Positions 1-10,877 of a DNA stretch of 64,000 nt are shown here, one piece after another. The notes beneath the pieces were generated by a model. The model searched no databases, had not been told where the DNA came from, and was given only the letters and a program-made list of their open reading frames with translations. This DNA comes from Bacteroidota bacterium (GTDB taxonomy: Bacteria > Bacteroidota > Bacteroidia > B-17B0 > Aurantibacillaceae), in the NCBI GenBank assembly GCA_040386615.1, contig JAZKFC010000021.1:220466-284465 (forward strand). The letters run 5' to 3'. The stretch's first letter is position 1. Each line of letters starts with the position of its first letter. Position numbers and translations under genes: made by a program.

Positions 1-2
1 TC

Positions 3-96
3 GGGTTGTATCCGCCGTAGCATGCTTGCGAAGGTGGGTTGTATCCGCCGTAGCATGCTTGCGAAGGAGGGTTGTATCCGCCGTACGCTTGCCGCC
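3..96. repeat. 33-bp tandem direct repeat, about 2.8 copies, running into the left window edge
   Basis: GGGTTGTATCCGCCGTAGCATGCTTGCGAAGG is identical at 3-34 and 36-67 (period 33). A degenerate third copy starts at 69. The copies abut with no spacers. Confidence 0.8.
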
Positions 97-274
97 GAAG
101 CTACAGCGTAGGAGCAAGCATTTACGCGAAGGAGGAGGGTTTCGGGTGGCATACACCGAAGCGCTCGCTAAGGTGGATTTCCTGCTCAATAGTATCTCTG
201 AAAAAAATTTAATATTTTAGAAGTTTGAAAATTTATAGAAATTAAGCAGCATCAATAATTTAAACGCGCAGACT

Positions 275-1063
275 ATGAACAATCACGAAATAGATTACAA
301 AATTTTTGGGGAAGAACTCCAGTGTGTGGAAATTGAATTGGATCCACAGGAAGCGGTTATTGCCGAACCAGGCAGTTTTATGATGATGACCGACGGCATC
401 GAAATGCAAACCATGTTTGGCGACGGCTCTAACCCGGGCGGCGGCCTCATGGGCAAACTCTTTACAGCCGGAAAAAGACTGTTAACCGGTGAAAGCCTGT
501 TTATGACAGTTTATACGAACATGAGCGCCCAGAAAAGGCAGGTGACTTTTGCGGGCCCCTACACTGGTAAGATCATTCCTATGAACCTGCAACAACTGGG
601 CGGCAGGATCATCTGCCAGAAGGATAGTTTTTTATGTGCGGCGAAAGGTGTGTCGATTGGGATTGAATTCCAGAGAAAACTCGGTACAGGCTTATTTGGT
701 GGTGAAGGATTCATCATGCAGAAACTCGAGGGCGATGGAATGGCCTTTGTACACTCCGGTGGCTTTGTTGTAGAAAAAAATTTAACACCGGGCGAAACAT
801 TGAAGATCGATACTGGCTGTCTTGTAGCTTTCACCAGTGGTGTGGACTATGACATTCAGTTTGTGAAAGGCGTTAAGAACGCGATCTTTGGCGGAGAAGG
901 ATTATTTTACGCTACGCTGCGCGGACCGGGAAAAGTCTGGATACAGTCGTTACCGATCAGCCGTTTGGCCGGCAGAATCTTATCTTATGGCGGTGGCCGC
1001 AGGAAAGAAGAAGGCAGCATCCTTGGCGGACTCGGGAATTTGCTCGACGGCGACGGGATCTAG
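275..1063 (+). CDS. AIM24/TIGR00266 (DUF124) family protein
   Basis: 262-aa ORF. Gly-rich beta-rich pattern (FGGEGF, FGGEGLF, GPGKVWIQSLP) is typical of the AIM24 family. Confidence 0.65.
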   Translation: MNNHEIDYKIFGEELQCVEIELDPQEAVIAEPGSFMMMTDGIEMQTMFGDGSNPGGGLMGKLFTAGKRLLTGESLFMTVYTNMSAQKRQVTFAGPYTGKIIPMNLQQLGGRIICQKDSFLCAAKGVSIGIEFQRKLGTGLFGGEGFIMQKLEGDGMAFVHSGGFVVEKNLTPGETLKIDTGCLVAFTSGVDYDIQFVKGVKNAIFGGEGLFYATLRGPGKVWIQSLPISRLAGRILSYGGGRRKEEGSILGGLGNLLDGDGI

Positions 1064-1169
1064 GGTTCTGGGTTTCGGGTTTGATTCGCTTACGCCGGGG
1101 ATTCAACTTACGTAAAGCTCCTTTCCCGCACAGTTCAAAATTTGTAAATTGTAAATCAGAAATTCATTA

Positions 1170-3026
1170 ATGGCTAAATCAAATTATACAGAAGACAACA
1201 TCAGGTCACTCGACTGGAAGGAACACATCCGCACGCGTCCCGGCATGTACATTGGCAAACTGGGCGACGGCAGCGCTTTCGACGACGGCATTTATGTGCT
1301 TCTGAAAGAGGTGATGGACAACTCCATTGACGAGTTTATGATGGGAGAAGGAAGCAAAATTGAGATTAATGTCAAAGAAGGCGTTGTTTCCATCCGTGAC
1401 TATGGCCGTGGCATCCCGCTTGGCAAAGTGGTGGAGGTAGTGTCTAAAATGAATACCGGCGGCAAGTACGATAGCGAAGCATTCAAAAAATCAATTGGTT
1501 TAAATGGCGTGGGTACAAAGGCGGTAAATGCCTTATCCATTAATTTTAAAGTTACCGCTTACCGCGACGGTCAGGCTAAAACAGCCGAATTCAGCAAAGG
1601 TGAACTGGTAAAAGAACACAAGTTGGTTTCATCAAACGAAAAGAATGGCACCCTGGTTGAATTTCGCCCTGATGACAGCATCTTTAAAAAGTACCATTTT
1701 GTGCACGAGTACATCGATCGCATGACATGGAACTACGCTTTTCTGAATACAGGCTTAACAATGTACCTGAATGGCCAGGCTTACAAATCTGAGAATGGTT
1801 TAAGGGACCTGCTTGAAAAAAACATTACCGGCGAAATACTTTATCCTATTATTCATTTAAAAGGAGAAGACATTGAGCTGGCCATGACACACAGTAACGA
1901 ACATTACAGCGAGGAATATTACAGCTATGTGAATGGGCAGTATACAACCCAGGGAGGTACCCACCAGGCAGCGTTTCGTGAAGCACTTGTAAAGACCATC
2001 CGTGAATTTTATAAAAAGGAGTTCGACCCCTCCGACATCCGGAAATCTATTGTAGCCGCTATTTCGATCAAGGTGCAGGAACCCATCTTTGAATCACAGA
2101 CCAAAACAAAACTTGGTTCATCGGAGGTAGCGCCCGGCGGACAAAGCATGCGGGGTTTTGTGAATGATTTTATCAAACAGCAACTTGATAATTACCTGCA
2201 TAAAAACCCTGAAACTGCAAGGGCAATAGAGGCCAAGATCGTTGCAAACGAACGTGAACGAAAAGAACTTTCCGGCATCCAGAAACTCGCAAGGGAACGC
2301 GCGAAAAAATCTTCACTGCACAATAAAAAACTGCGTGATTGCCGCGTGCACCTCGATGATACCAAAGACGCCCGTCGCCTTGAAACAACTTTATTCATTT
2401 GTGAGGGAGATTCCGCCAGCGGTTCCATCACCAAAACACGTGATGTAAATACACAGGCCGTATTCAGTTTAAAAGGAAAACCTCTTAACTGTTTTGGTCT
2501 TGGCAAAAAAGTAGTTTACGAAAATGAAGAATTCAACCTCTTGCAGTCGGCTCTGAACATTGAAGACGGTCTCGATGAACTTAGGTACAACAATGTGGTG
2601 ATCTCCACAGATGCCGATGTGGATGGCATGCATATCCGCCTGCTGCTGCTCACATTCTTTTTACAATTTTTCCCCGACCTGGTGAAGAACAACCATATCA
2701 AAATTCTACAAACCCCCTTGTTCAGGGTACGCAATAAAAAAGAGACCATTTATTGTTACAGCGATGAAGAAAGAAAAGCCGCTATCGCCAAGCTGGGGCC
2801 TAAACCTGAAATTACACGCTTTAAAGGCCTTGGTGAAATATCACCTGATGAATTTAAACACTTTATAGGCAAAGACATTCGCCTTGAACCCGTGCTCATC
2901 GATCAAAAAGCCAGCATCAACGAATTGCTGAATTATTACATGGGTAAAAACACCCAGGGCCGCCAGGATTTTATCATCGACAACCTGCGCATTGAAAAAG
3001 ATGTTGAGAAGGAATTGGTGACTTGA
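1170..3026 (+). CDS. parE: DNA topoisomerase IV subunit B (type IIA topoisomerase ATPase/Toprim subunit)
   Basis: 618 aa with an RPGMYIG motif, GHKL ATPase N-terminus, Toprim EGDSA and DxD (STDADVDG). The short form and the nearby parC-like gene favour ParE over GyrB. Confidence 0.8.
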   Translation: MAKSNYTEDNIRSLDWKEHIRTRPGMYIGKLGDGSAFDDGIYVLLKEVMDNSIDEFMMGEGSKIEINVKEGVVSIRDYGRGIPLGKVVEVVSKMNTGGKYDSEAFKKSIGLNGVGTKAVNALSINFKVTAYRDGQAKTAEFSKGELVKEHKLVSSNEKNGTLVEFRPDDSIFKKYHFVHEYIDRMTWNYAFLNTGLTMYLNGQAYKSENGLRDLLEKNITGEILYPIIHLKGEDIELAMTHSNEHYSEEYYSYVNGQYTTQGGTHQAAFREALVKTIREFYKKEFDPSDIRKSIVAAISIKVQEPIFESQTKTKLGSSEVAPGGQSMRGFVNDFIKQQLDNYLHKNPETARAIEAKIVANERERKELSGIQKLARERAKKSSLHNKKLRDCRVHLDDTKDARRLETTLFICEGDSASGSITKTRDVNTQAVFSLKGKPLNCFGLGKKVVYENEEFNLLQSALNIEDGLDELRYNNVVISTDADVDGMHIRLLLLTFFLQFFPDLVKNNHIKILQTPLFRVRNKKETIYCYSDEERKAAIAKLGPKPEITRFKGLGEISPDEFKHFIGKDIRLEPVLIDQKASINELLNYYMGKNTQGRQDFIIDNLRIEKDVEKELVT

Positions 3027-3278
3027 TGGGTTTTTAAAAAGCCAAAAACATTCTTCCACGTAAAAAGAGACACGCCACCTCGTTACTGACCGTATTTTGC
3101 CGGACTAAACAACCGAACATAGACGTTCATTGAGTTAATTTTGCTAAATCTAAAACGTTATTGGTTAATTAATTAGCCCTAAAAACCTTAATTAGTTAAA
3201 GCAAGTTAATTTAAGAAAAAACAATATCTTTGGCACAATACATGAAATTCAACCTTCATAAAATAAAAACCCATAATA

Positions 3279-3860
3279 ATGAAAACAAAACAATTATTAA
3301 TTATCCCGGCTATTGCCGCGCTGACAATTGTTGGCTGTAAGTCTAAAAAAGCTGTTACCGTTGAAAAACAAACGGGCCTGATTGAAGTCTCAACTCCATT
3401 TGATAGCAAAGAATACCGGAGCGATGACAACAGTTTCCGCTCAAAACAATCCGGTAAATCTCCCGACCAGGCGACCGCTAAAAAAATTGCTTACCAAAAC
3501 GCACGGGCCGAGATGGCATCAAATATCAATGCAACGGTGAAAAGAGTAACCGATCAGTATACTAACCAGCGTACCGTTGGCAATACACAAGAATTCGAAA
3601 ACAAATTCGAAGAGTTATCACGCGAGGTTGTAAACCTTGAAATGTCGAACGTGAAAGAAATCGGTCAGAAAACTTTTACCGACCCATCAGACAAAAGCTG
3701 GACAGTTTGGATAGCATTAGAAGCTGATAAAAAAAGCGTATTTGACAAAATCGACGCCAGGATTTCGAGCGACGCTAAATTGAAACTGGATTACGACAAA
3801 CAAAAATTCCAGCAGATCTTCGACGCCGAGATGAAAAAACTCGCCGACGAAGGTAAATAA
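3279..3860 (+). CDS. lipoprotein, function unknown (LPP20-like features)
   Basis: Signal peptide ending in the lipobox LTIVGC. Charged helical mature part. Confidence 0.55.
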   Translation: MKTKQLLIIPAIAALTIVGCKSKKAVTVEKQTGLIEVSTPFDSKEYRSDDNSFRSKQSGKSPDQATAKKIAYQNARAEMASNINATVKRVTDQYTNQRTVGNTQEFENKFEELSREVVNLEMSNVKEIGQKTFTDPSDKSWTVWIALEADKKSVFDKIDARISSDAKLKLDYDKQKFQQIFDAEMKKLADEGK

Positions 3861-3872
3861 TCTCAAAAATCA

Positions 3873-3982
3873 AGAGGCTGTTTCAGAGTTTGATGACGGG
3901 TAAATACGCGTCATCGCTGAACAACACGTCACAGATACTGTGACCTGTTTCACCCTGCGAAGCTGAAACAGTCTCTTTTTTT
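3873..3982 (+). terminator. long Y-shaped stem-loop element ending in a U-run (complex intrinsic terminator or small structured RNA)
   Basis: 14-bp outer stem (3873-3886 pairs with 3963-3976, one G-U). It encloses two hairpins at 3892-3915 and 3928-3944. T7 run at 3976-3982. Confidence 0.4.
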
Positions 3983-4002
3983 AATCCCACACAACTATTC
4001 CG

Positions 4003-5355
4003 TTGAAAAGAATTTCGCACATATTCCTTTTCATTATCATTATTGCCCTGCAAGGATGCAACGGCTCTAAAAAATATTTTAAGGCTGCCGAGCGCCTCGA
4101 AAAACAGGGCCTGATAAAAGACGCGGCCGAGTACTACCTCGAATCACTGCAACGTAAACCTACCGGCGTACCTGCGAGAATAAAACTGAAAGAAGTTGGT
4201 CAAAAACACGTTTTGAACCTCTCCTCAGAATTTTTTCGCAATTACAACACGCAGCAGCTGGAAGCCTCGCTCGAAACATTTGAGCAACTGAAGGACTTTA
4301 CGGCGAGAGCCGGCGCGCTTGATGTTACCTACGACTATCCAAAAACCTACGAAGAAGATTATCAGAAAGCCGTGGAAAAATTTTGTCTGAAAAATTATAA
4401 CCAGGCCTCTGTGTTAGTGAACCAAAAAAAATATGGTCAGGCTATCAGCTATATCAACCTCATTAAAAAGTACAATTCTTCTTATAAAAATACTGCGCAA
4501 CTGGAAATCATCTCCATCTGCGAACCGCTATACCAAAGCGCGGTTAACAGCCTTGAAAATAAAAACTATTCGAGTGCGATGGGTTTTCTGTCATCGATCA
4601 AAGAAAAAACTGAAAACTATAAAGACAGTAAAGATCTGTTAGAACTATCGAGCGCCCAGCAAACCAAAAGTTTTATTCTGTTTCAGCCTGTGCCTTCCAA
4701 AGACAGGTCAGAACAGGAGATCCAGGAATATCTTTTCAATAATTTCGGGCAGGTGGCTGTGCAAAAATTAAGCTCGGTGAAGATCATCAACAATACACCG
4801 TTTCAAAACACCTCGGGTGGCAGCGACCTCAACAACAGTAATAATGTGGACCTCGTTCAGGCGATAAGAAAAGCTACCGGTGCCGACTATTTTTATGTTT
4901 ACGATGTTGCCAACAGGCGGGAATTTAATTCGGGCCTTTCGAAAACCGCTTCCAAAGGCTTCCAGGAATTCACCACCAAAACGGGTACAGTGGTAACTAC
5001 TGAATACAAAGCCTTCGATTATAATGTTGTAAAAGCGCAACGTTCTTATTCATACGATTTCAGTTTTAAGGTGATCAACGCCTATTCCAACCAGATCGTA
5101 GCTTCGCAGACCCAGAACATCTCCTCGCAGGACGCCATGGAATACCAGGAATTCGCCAGAAGCTTTAATGGCAATATCAACAGCCTGTTTCCCTACAACC
5201 CAAAGCAAACTTCGCCCCTCGGTCAGTACAATGCCCGAAGCTGGCGAAACCTTTTCAGCGCGCGTAACAGCCTTAGAACCTTCGAAGAACTTAAAAATGA
5301 CGCTTTCTCTAAAACCATCAATGTATTTACCAGTTCGGCGGCCAATATGAGATGA
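4003..5355 (+). CDS. lipoprotein with TPR-like N-terminal region
   Basis: 450-aa ORF with a TTG start. Signal peptide with lipobox ALQGC. No recognisable catalytic motif. Confidence 0.55.
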   Translation: MKRISHIFLFIIIIALQGCNGSKKYFKAAERLEKQGLIKDAAEYYLESLQRKPTGVPARIKLKEVGQKHVLNLSSEFFRNYNTQQLEASLETFEQLKDFTARAGALDVTYDYPKTYEEDYQKAVEKFCLKNYNQASVLVNQKKYGQAISYINLIKKYNSSYKNTAQLEIISICEPLYQSAVNSLENKNYSSAMGFLSSIKEKTENYKDSKDLLELSSAQQTKSFILFQPVPSKDRSEQEIQEYLFNNFGQVAVQKLSSVKIINNTPFQNTSGGSDLNNSNNVDLVQAIRKATGADYFYVYDVANRREFNSGLSKTASKGFQEFTTKTGTVVTTEYKAFDYNVVKAQRSYSYDFSFKVINAYSNQIVASQTQNISSQDAMEYQEFARSFNGNINSLFPYNPKQTSPLGQYNARSWRNLFSARNSLRTFEELKNDAFSKTINVFTSSAANMR

Positions 5356-5368
5356 CCAGTCACGGCAG

Positions 5369-6733
5369 ATGAAACACATAATTTACATAATAGTACTTAT
5401 CGTTCTTTTACCCGCCTGTAAAAGCAAACAACCTGTGGCGCAGCAGGCGGTAGAAGTTAAGGTTCCCAACTGGGTAAGCAGCCGGCCAAACAATGGCTTT
5501 AAATATGTTGGCGTGGGTGTATCCGACAAGATAAAAAGCAGTAACTACCAGATTGAAGCTAAAAAGAACGCCCTATATGATCTCGCTTCAGAAATTAAAG
5601 TCGATATCTCTTCCAATTCTGTTCTTTATACGGTTCAAAACAATAATAACTTCAACGAAAATTTTAATTCTCTGATCAAGCTGTCAAACAGCGACAATAT
5701 TGAAGGATACACCCTGGTTGATTCTTATGAAAACGACAAACAGTACTGGGTGTATTACCAGTTAGACAAGCAGGAGTACCAGAATAAAAAAACGCAGAAA
5801 AAACAGCAGATCGTCACCAAGGCCTCTAACCTCATCACCGCCAGCTTTTACGACGAAAAAAATAAAGACTTTTCATCCTCATTAAAAAAACGCATCCAGG
5901 CTTTCGGCGTTTTAACGCCCTACCTGAGTGAAGAAATTAATTTTGATCCCGCACAAACCAATGGTGTAAAAAACATCTTTGACCTCACCAACCTTATCCA
6001 GCAACAATTACAGTCGATCACCGTTGTGCCTCAAAAAACAATGCAGGTACTTAAGCCCTACCAGCAATCTTATATTCCTTTGCTTTACAGCATTGAATTG
6101 ATCAACAAAACCCCTTTGCAAAATTTTCCGTTATTGGTAAAAAGCGATGAAGACAGGATCAACGTGAATGAAAATACGACAACCAACTACAACGGTGAGG
6201 TGCAGATCAGGATCAATTCGGTGGAGCCGCTGAATCAAACTGTTGGCTTTTCGCTGAGTCCGGATATTTCAACACTGATGGGCACCGATTCGGTTGGCCG
6301 CGCGGGCATTACACTACTTAAACAATTTATACAAACCTCGTCACTGAAAGTACAGGCCAACGTTTCAAATATTGCCATCTATGTGAATTCAACAGAAAAA
6401 AACTTTGGAAAACCAACAGGTTTAAATGCCATTGAGACCTTTATCAAACAACGTTTTAACGGGCAGGAAGTGCGGTTAACCGACAAGCCCGCGGAAGCGG
6501 ATTACATCATCGAATCGGTTGCCGAAACGCAGGAGGACCTGAGCAGCGACATTCTTGAAAAAAACTACAATATTAAACTTGCCGCACTCATCATTAACAT
6601 TCAACTCAAAAATAAAAGCACCAACGAGGTCATTTTTAAAACCCAGGTCAACGATGTGTATGGCTATGCCAAGATCAGCGGCAAACTGGCCGAATCACTT
6701 TTCTTCCTGAAAAGGAAAATCCTGGTTTATTAG
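5369..6733 (+). CDS. LPP20-like lipoprotein
   Basis: 454 aa with lipobox LLPAC. N-terminal segment GFKYVGVGVS...AKKNALYDLASEI resembles the LPP20 lipoprotein domain. Confidence 0.55.
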   Translation: MKHIIYIIVLIVLLPACKSKQPVAQQAVEVKVPNWVSSRPNNGFKYVGVGVSDKIKSSNYQIEAKKNALYDLASEIKVDISSNSVLYTVQNNNNFNENFNSLIKLSNSDNIEGYTLVDSYENDKQYWVYYQLDKQEYQNKKTQKKQQIVTKASNLITASFYDEKNKDFSSSLKKRIQAFGVLTPYLSEEINFDPAQTNGVKNIFDLTNLIQQQLQSITVVPQKTMQVLKPYQQSYIPLLYSIELINKTPLQNFPLLVKSDEDRINVNENTTTNYNGEVQIRINSVEPLNQTVGFSLSPDISTLMGTDSVGRAGITLLKQFIQTSSLKVQANVSNIAIYVNSTEKNFGKPTGLNAIETFIKQRFNGQEVRLTDKPAEADYIIESVAETQEDLSSDILEKNYNIKLAALIINIQLKNKSTNEVIFKTQVNDVYGYAKISGKLAESLFFLKRKILVY

Positions 6734-6809
6734 GGCGCATTTGTGGATATTTAGTGCTGTTTTTTGGGTTTTTTCTAAAAATCCGTCCAAAATTTTAGGT
6801 TTCGAATCT

Positions 6810-6817
6810 TATATTTG
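6810..6817 (+). promoter_or_regulatory. candidate Bacteroidota -7 promoter box (TAnnTTTG) upstream of parC
   Basis: TATATTTG lies 24 nt upstream of the parC ATG. It matches the TAnnTTTG consensus known for Bacteroidota sigma-A promoters. Confidence 0.35.
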
Positions 6818-6840
6818 CAAATAAAAATTCAGGAACCGGC

Positions 6841-9489
6841 ATGAGCGATAATATTTTTGAAGGGGCGGATAGCGAAAATCATAAAGAGGTAGATAATATT
6901 ACCCACGTAAGTGGCATGTTTAAGAATTGGTTCATTGACTATGCCTCATACGTAATTCTTGAACGCGCGGTACCTGCCATTGAAGACGGTTTAAAGCCTG
7001 TACAGCGCCGGATCCTGCACAGCATGTGGGAACTGGAAGATGGCCGGTACAATAAGGTTGCCAACCTCATTGGCAACACCATGAAATACCACCCGCACGG
7101 CGACGCCAGTATTGGTGACGCGCTGGTGGCCATTGGACAGAAAGACCTTTTAATAGACTGCCAGGGAAACTGGGGAAATGTTTTAACCGGCGACAGCGCT
7201 GCTGCTCCCCGTTATATTGAAGCCCGTCTCTCAAAATTCGGTCAGGAAGTGATCTTTAATCCAAAAACCACCGACTGGGGTCTTAGTTACGATGGAAGAA
7301 ATAAAGAACCCATCACCCTTCCCGTAAAATTTCCCCTGGTTTTGGCGCAGGGCGTTGAAGGCATCGCCGTTGGTCTTGCTACCAAGATCCTGCCTCATAA
7401 TTTTAACGAACTCATCGACGCCTCCATACAGATCCTGCGTGGAAAAAAGGCGCAGATCTATCCTGACTTTATTACCGCCGGCATTGCCGATTTTAGTGAT
7501 TACAAAGACGGGTTGCGTGGCGGAAAAATAAAGATCCGCGCCCGCATCAAGGAACTCAATCCAAAAACGCTGATCATCAGCGAGATTCCTTTTGGAACAA
7601 CAACAGGATCTTTAATAGATTCTATTCTTGCCGCAAACGACAAAGGCAAGATAAAGGTCAAAAAGGTAGAGGACAATACCTCTGAAAACGTCGAGATCCT
7701 GGTTCATTTACAACCGGGCATTTCAAGCGACAAAACCATTGACGCGATGTACGCGTTTACCAATTGCGAGATGAGCATTTCTCCAAACGCCTGCATCATT
7801 GAAAATGACCGGCCGCGTTTTGTTGGCGTGAGCGAGATCCTTAAAATTTCGACCCATAAAACCCTTGAGTTGTTAAAAAGGGAGCTGGAGATAGAGCAAA
7901 AGGAACTTGAAGAAAAATGGCACTTCGCATCGCTTGAAAAAATATTTATTAAAGAAGAAATGTACATCGACTTTAAAAAATATTCAAACAAGGAAACACT
8001 CTACGTTTATTTATACGAACAGTTCAAGCCGTTTAAAAAGAAACTGATCCGCGACATCACCGATGAAGACCTTCACCGCCTGACGCAGATCCCTATGATC
8101 CGTATCACGCGCTTCGACAGCATTAAAGCTGAGGAACACATGAAGGAGCTTGACGAAAAAATAGCGGCGGTGAAACACAGCCTGGCCAATCTTATTGATC
8201 ATGCCGTAGAGTACTTTAAAAATCTTAAAAAGAAATACGGTGCCGGGCGGGAACGCAAAACCGAAACCAAACAACTTGAAACCATTGTGGCCACACAGGT
8301 TGTAATGGCGAACGAAAAACTATATGTGAACCGCGCAGAGGGTTTTGTGGGCACAGGACTTAAGAAAGATGAGTTCGTATGTGATTGTTCAGACATCGAC
8401 GACATTATTGCGTTCACCAAGGAAGGAAAACTGAAAGTGTTCAAGGCCTCCGAAAAAATGTTTGTTGGAAAGGACATTATTTATGTGGCTGTGTTCAAAA
8501 AGAATGACGAACGCACCACTTATAACATGATTTACAGCGATGGGCCAAAGGGCATCACCTTTGTTAAGAGGTTTAATGTGACCGGCGTCACCCGCGAAAA
8601 AGAATACGATCTCACCAAAGGCACGCCTGGCTCATGCGTTCACTGGTTTACCATCAATCCTAACGGCGAAGCCGAAAAAGTACAGGTGATCTTAAAACCG
8701 GTGAGCGGACTCAGGAAGACGGAGCTGGATTTGGATTTCACCGAGATTCCGGTTAAAGGCCGCGCTTCCACCGGCAACATCGTAACAAAGTACGCTGTTA
8801 AAAAAGTAGTATTAAAACAAAAAGGCACATCCACACTTGGTGCCGAAGATTTTTGGTTTGATGAAAGCGTTCACCGTCTGAATAAGGAAGAACGCGGCAC
8901 TTACCTTGGCAAATTCAGTGGCGAAGACAAGATCCTGAGTATTACAAGCAAGGGATTCTACAGGCTTCACACCTTCGATGTACTGAATCATTTTGATGAT
9001 GACATTGTGATGATCGAAAAATATTATCCCAATCAAACACTCACCTGCGTATACTACGACGGCCAAAGCAAATCATATTTTACCAAACGTTTCAATCCTG
9101 AGGTTACGAGCGCAAAAACGCTTATCATTACCGAGCATGAACTGTCGCGTATTGAATTGATCACGACGCAGGTAAATCCGATTATTGAAGTAAAATTCGC
9201 GAAAGAAAAGGGAGTTGAAATTCCTGAGGAGGTATTAAAAATGGTAGATTTCAGCCCAATGGTGAACATGAAAGCCAAAGGAAAGAAATTAAGTTCCTAT
9301 AAAATAAAGGAGATCAACCTGCGCGAGCCTGAGGAAATAAAAGCGGCAAGAAAGTTCCTGTCTTCGGCTGAGGATGAAAAAACCGGACTTTCACCAATGG
9401 AGCTGCATCGCAGGGCGATGGAAAAACTGAACAAAGACAATGCAAAAAATTTTTTAGAAGGCGATGGGCAGATCACCTTTGAATTTTAA
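6841..9489 (+). CDS. parC: DNA topoisomerase IV subunit A
   Basis: 882 aa. ERAVPAIEDGLKPVQRRIL motif, catalytic Tyr region (AAAPRYIEARL) and a long beta-pinwheel-like C-terminus. Confidence 0.85.
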   Translation: MSDNIFEGADSENHKEVDNITHVSGMFKNWFIDYASYVILERAVPAIEDGLKPVQRRILHSMWELEDGRYNKVANLIGNTMKYHPHGDASIGDALVAIGQKDLLIDCQGNWGNVLTGDSAAAPRYIEARLSKFGQEVIFNPKTTDWGLSYDGRNKEPITLPVKFPLVLAQGVEGIAVGLATKILPHNFNELIDASIQILRGKKAQIYPDFITAGIADFSDYKDGLRGGKIKIRARIKELNPKTLIISEIPFGTTTGSLIDSILAANDKGKIKVKKVEDNTSENVEILVHLQPGISSDKTIDAMYAFTNCEMSISPNACIIENDRPRFVGVSEILKISTHKTLELLKRELEIEQKELEEKWHFASLEKIFIKEEMYIDFKKYSNKETLYVYLYEQFKPFKKKLIRDITDEDLHRLTQIPMIRITRFDSIKAEEHMKELDEKIAAVKHSLANLIDHAVEYFKNLKKKYGAGRERKTETKQLETIVATQVVMANEKLYVNRAEGFVGTGLKKDEFVCDCSDIDDIIAFTKEGKLKVFKASEKMFVGKDIIYVAVFKKNDERTTYNMIYSDGPKGITFVKRFNVTGVTREKEYDLTKGTPGSCVHWFTINPNGEAEKVQVILKPVSGLRKTELDLDFTEIPVKGRASTGNIVTKYAVKKVVLKQKGTSTLGAEDFWFDESVHRLNKEERGTYLGKFSGEDKILSITSKGFYRLHTFDVLNHFDDDIVMIEKYYPNQTLTCVYYDGQSKSYFTKRFNPEVTSAKTLIITEHELSRIELITTQVNPIIEVKFAKEKGVEIPEEVLKMVDFSPMVNMKAKGKKLSSYKIKEINLREPEEIKAARKFLSSAEDEKTGLSPMELHRRAMEKLNKDNAKNFLEGDGQITFEF

Positions 9490-9519
9490 CTGACAATTTT
9501 TTAACCCAAATCCCATACC

Positions 9520-9858
9520 ATGAAAAATTTAATTGTTTTAATTCTATGCGCCGGTCTTGTTTTTATTTCCTGCAAAAAAGACAGGGTTTGCAAATGTACC
9601 ACCAACACAATTGGCACCACGAGCACCCAAACAAAAGTAGACCTGGGCACGCCGATTGATACAACGATTGTTGTTCCATTAAACGTTACAAGTTCCAATG
9701 ATATTACCTTTTACAAGGTGAGTAAAAGAAGGGCTAAAAATAACTGTTTTGATAAATCTGAAGACGTGAATGAAACCACCACTAACGGGATCCCGGGTGT
9801 ACTTTCAATCAACGTAACCAACACCGGTAAAAAGCGGTATTCCTGCGAGCTTAAATAA
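9520..9858 (+). CDS. small lipoprotein
   Basis: 112 aa. Signal peptide with lipobox FISC. Thr-rich. Confidence 0.45.
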   Translation: MKNLIVLILCAGLVFISCKKDRVCKCTTNTIGTTSTQTKVDLGTPIDTTIVVPLNVTSSNDITFYKVSKRRAKNNCFDKSEDVNETTTNGIPGVLSINVTNTGKKRYSCELK

Positions 9859-9861
9859 ATT

Positions 9862-10857
9862 CTATTTGCCTACGATGAGGGTGAGGTCAACCAGGCGGTT
9901 GCAATAACCCCATTCATTATCGTACCAGCCGATTATTTTCACCAGGTTGCCCACGATGCTGGTAAATTCCGCATCATACAAAACACTATGAGGGTTGCCA
10001 ATCACATCGATACTTACAATAGGATCTTCGGTGTATTCGATGATGCCCTTTAATTCAGACTGCGCAGCGGTTTTAAATGCCTTGTTGATCTCTGCTACCG
10101 TTGGAATTTTTGTGAGTACACAGGTAATGTCAGTTAACGAACCGTCGGGCACCGGCACGCGCATGCCACAGCCGCCGATCTTTCCTTCGAGATGCGGAAA
10201 TATTTTTGTAATGGCTTTCGCAGCACCCGTTGAAGTAGGAATAATACTCATGGCAGCCGCCCTTGCCCTTCTCAGATCTTTATGTGGCGCATCCTGCAAG
10301 CGCTGATCACTGGTATAGGAATGCACAGTAGTAATGTACGCCTCTTCTATCCCAAACTGGTCGAGCACTTTTAACATGGGCGCGGCGCAGTTTGTTGTAC
10401 AACTTGCATTCGAAATGATCACATCGTCTTTTGAAAGGATGGCATCGTTTACGCCCAGAACCACCGTTTTAATGGTATCATCTTTTGCGGGTGCAGAGAT
10501 AATTACTTTTTTCGCCCCGGCTTTTAAATGCAGATTAGCGCTGGCCATATCGAGGAAGTGCCCGGTACTTTCGATCACCACGTCAATTTTATGTTCGCCC
10601 CAGGGCAATTGCGCCGGATCTTTAAAAGAAACAACCCTTATAGCGTGTCCGTTCACGATCATGTTATTTCCTTCCACCTTTATTTCGGCAGGAAATGCAC
10701 GGTGAATGGAATCATACTTCAACAGGTGCGCCAGCGTAGCGGCGTCGGTGAGATCATTAATTACAACAATCTCTATTGCCGGGTTGCCGATACAATTACG
10801 GAGGAAAACCCGGCCAATCCGGCCAAATCCATTAATAGCGACTCTGATCTTTTTCAT
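9862..10857 (-). CDS. gap: type I glyceraldehyde-3-phosphate dehydrogenase
   Basis: 331 aa. INGFGRIGR Rossmann motif, active site SNASCTTN, and WYDNEWGY at the C-terminus. Confidence 0.93.
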   Translation of the reverse strand: MKKIRVAINGFGRIGRVFLRNCIGNPAIEIVVINDLTDAATLAHLLKYDSIHRAFPAEIKVEGNNMIVNGHAIRVVSFKDPAQLPWGEHKIDVVIESTGHFLDMASANLHLKAGAKKVIISAPAKDDTIKTVVLGVNDAILSKDDVIISNASCTTNCAAPMLKVLDQFGIEEAYITTVHSYTSDQRLQDAPHKDLRRARAAAMSIIPTSTGAAKAITKIFPHLEGKIGGCGMRVPVPDGSLTDITCVLTKIPTVAEINKAFKTAAQSELKGIIEYTEDPIVSIDVIGNPHSVLYDAEFTSIVGNLVKIIGWYDNEWGYCNRLVDLTLIVGK

Positions 10858-10877
10858 ATTTCTATTGTTTCAAATTT

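Noticed and set aside
1-120. Possible CRISPR array at the window start
   Set aside because: The 33-bp units abut one another with a single-base junction and no unique spacers. Only about 2.8 copies are present, and no cas genes are nearby.
26-220. 64-aa ORF over the tandem repeat
   Set aside because: Its Arg/Val-rich repetitive translation is simply the repeat read in frame. There is no start context or motif to support a gene.
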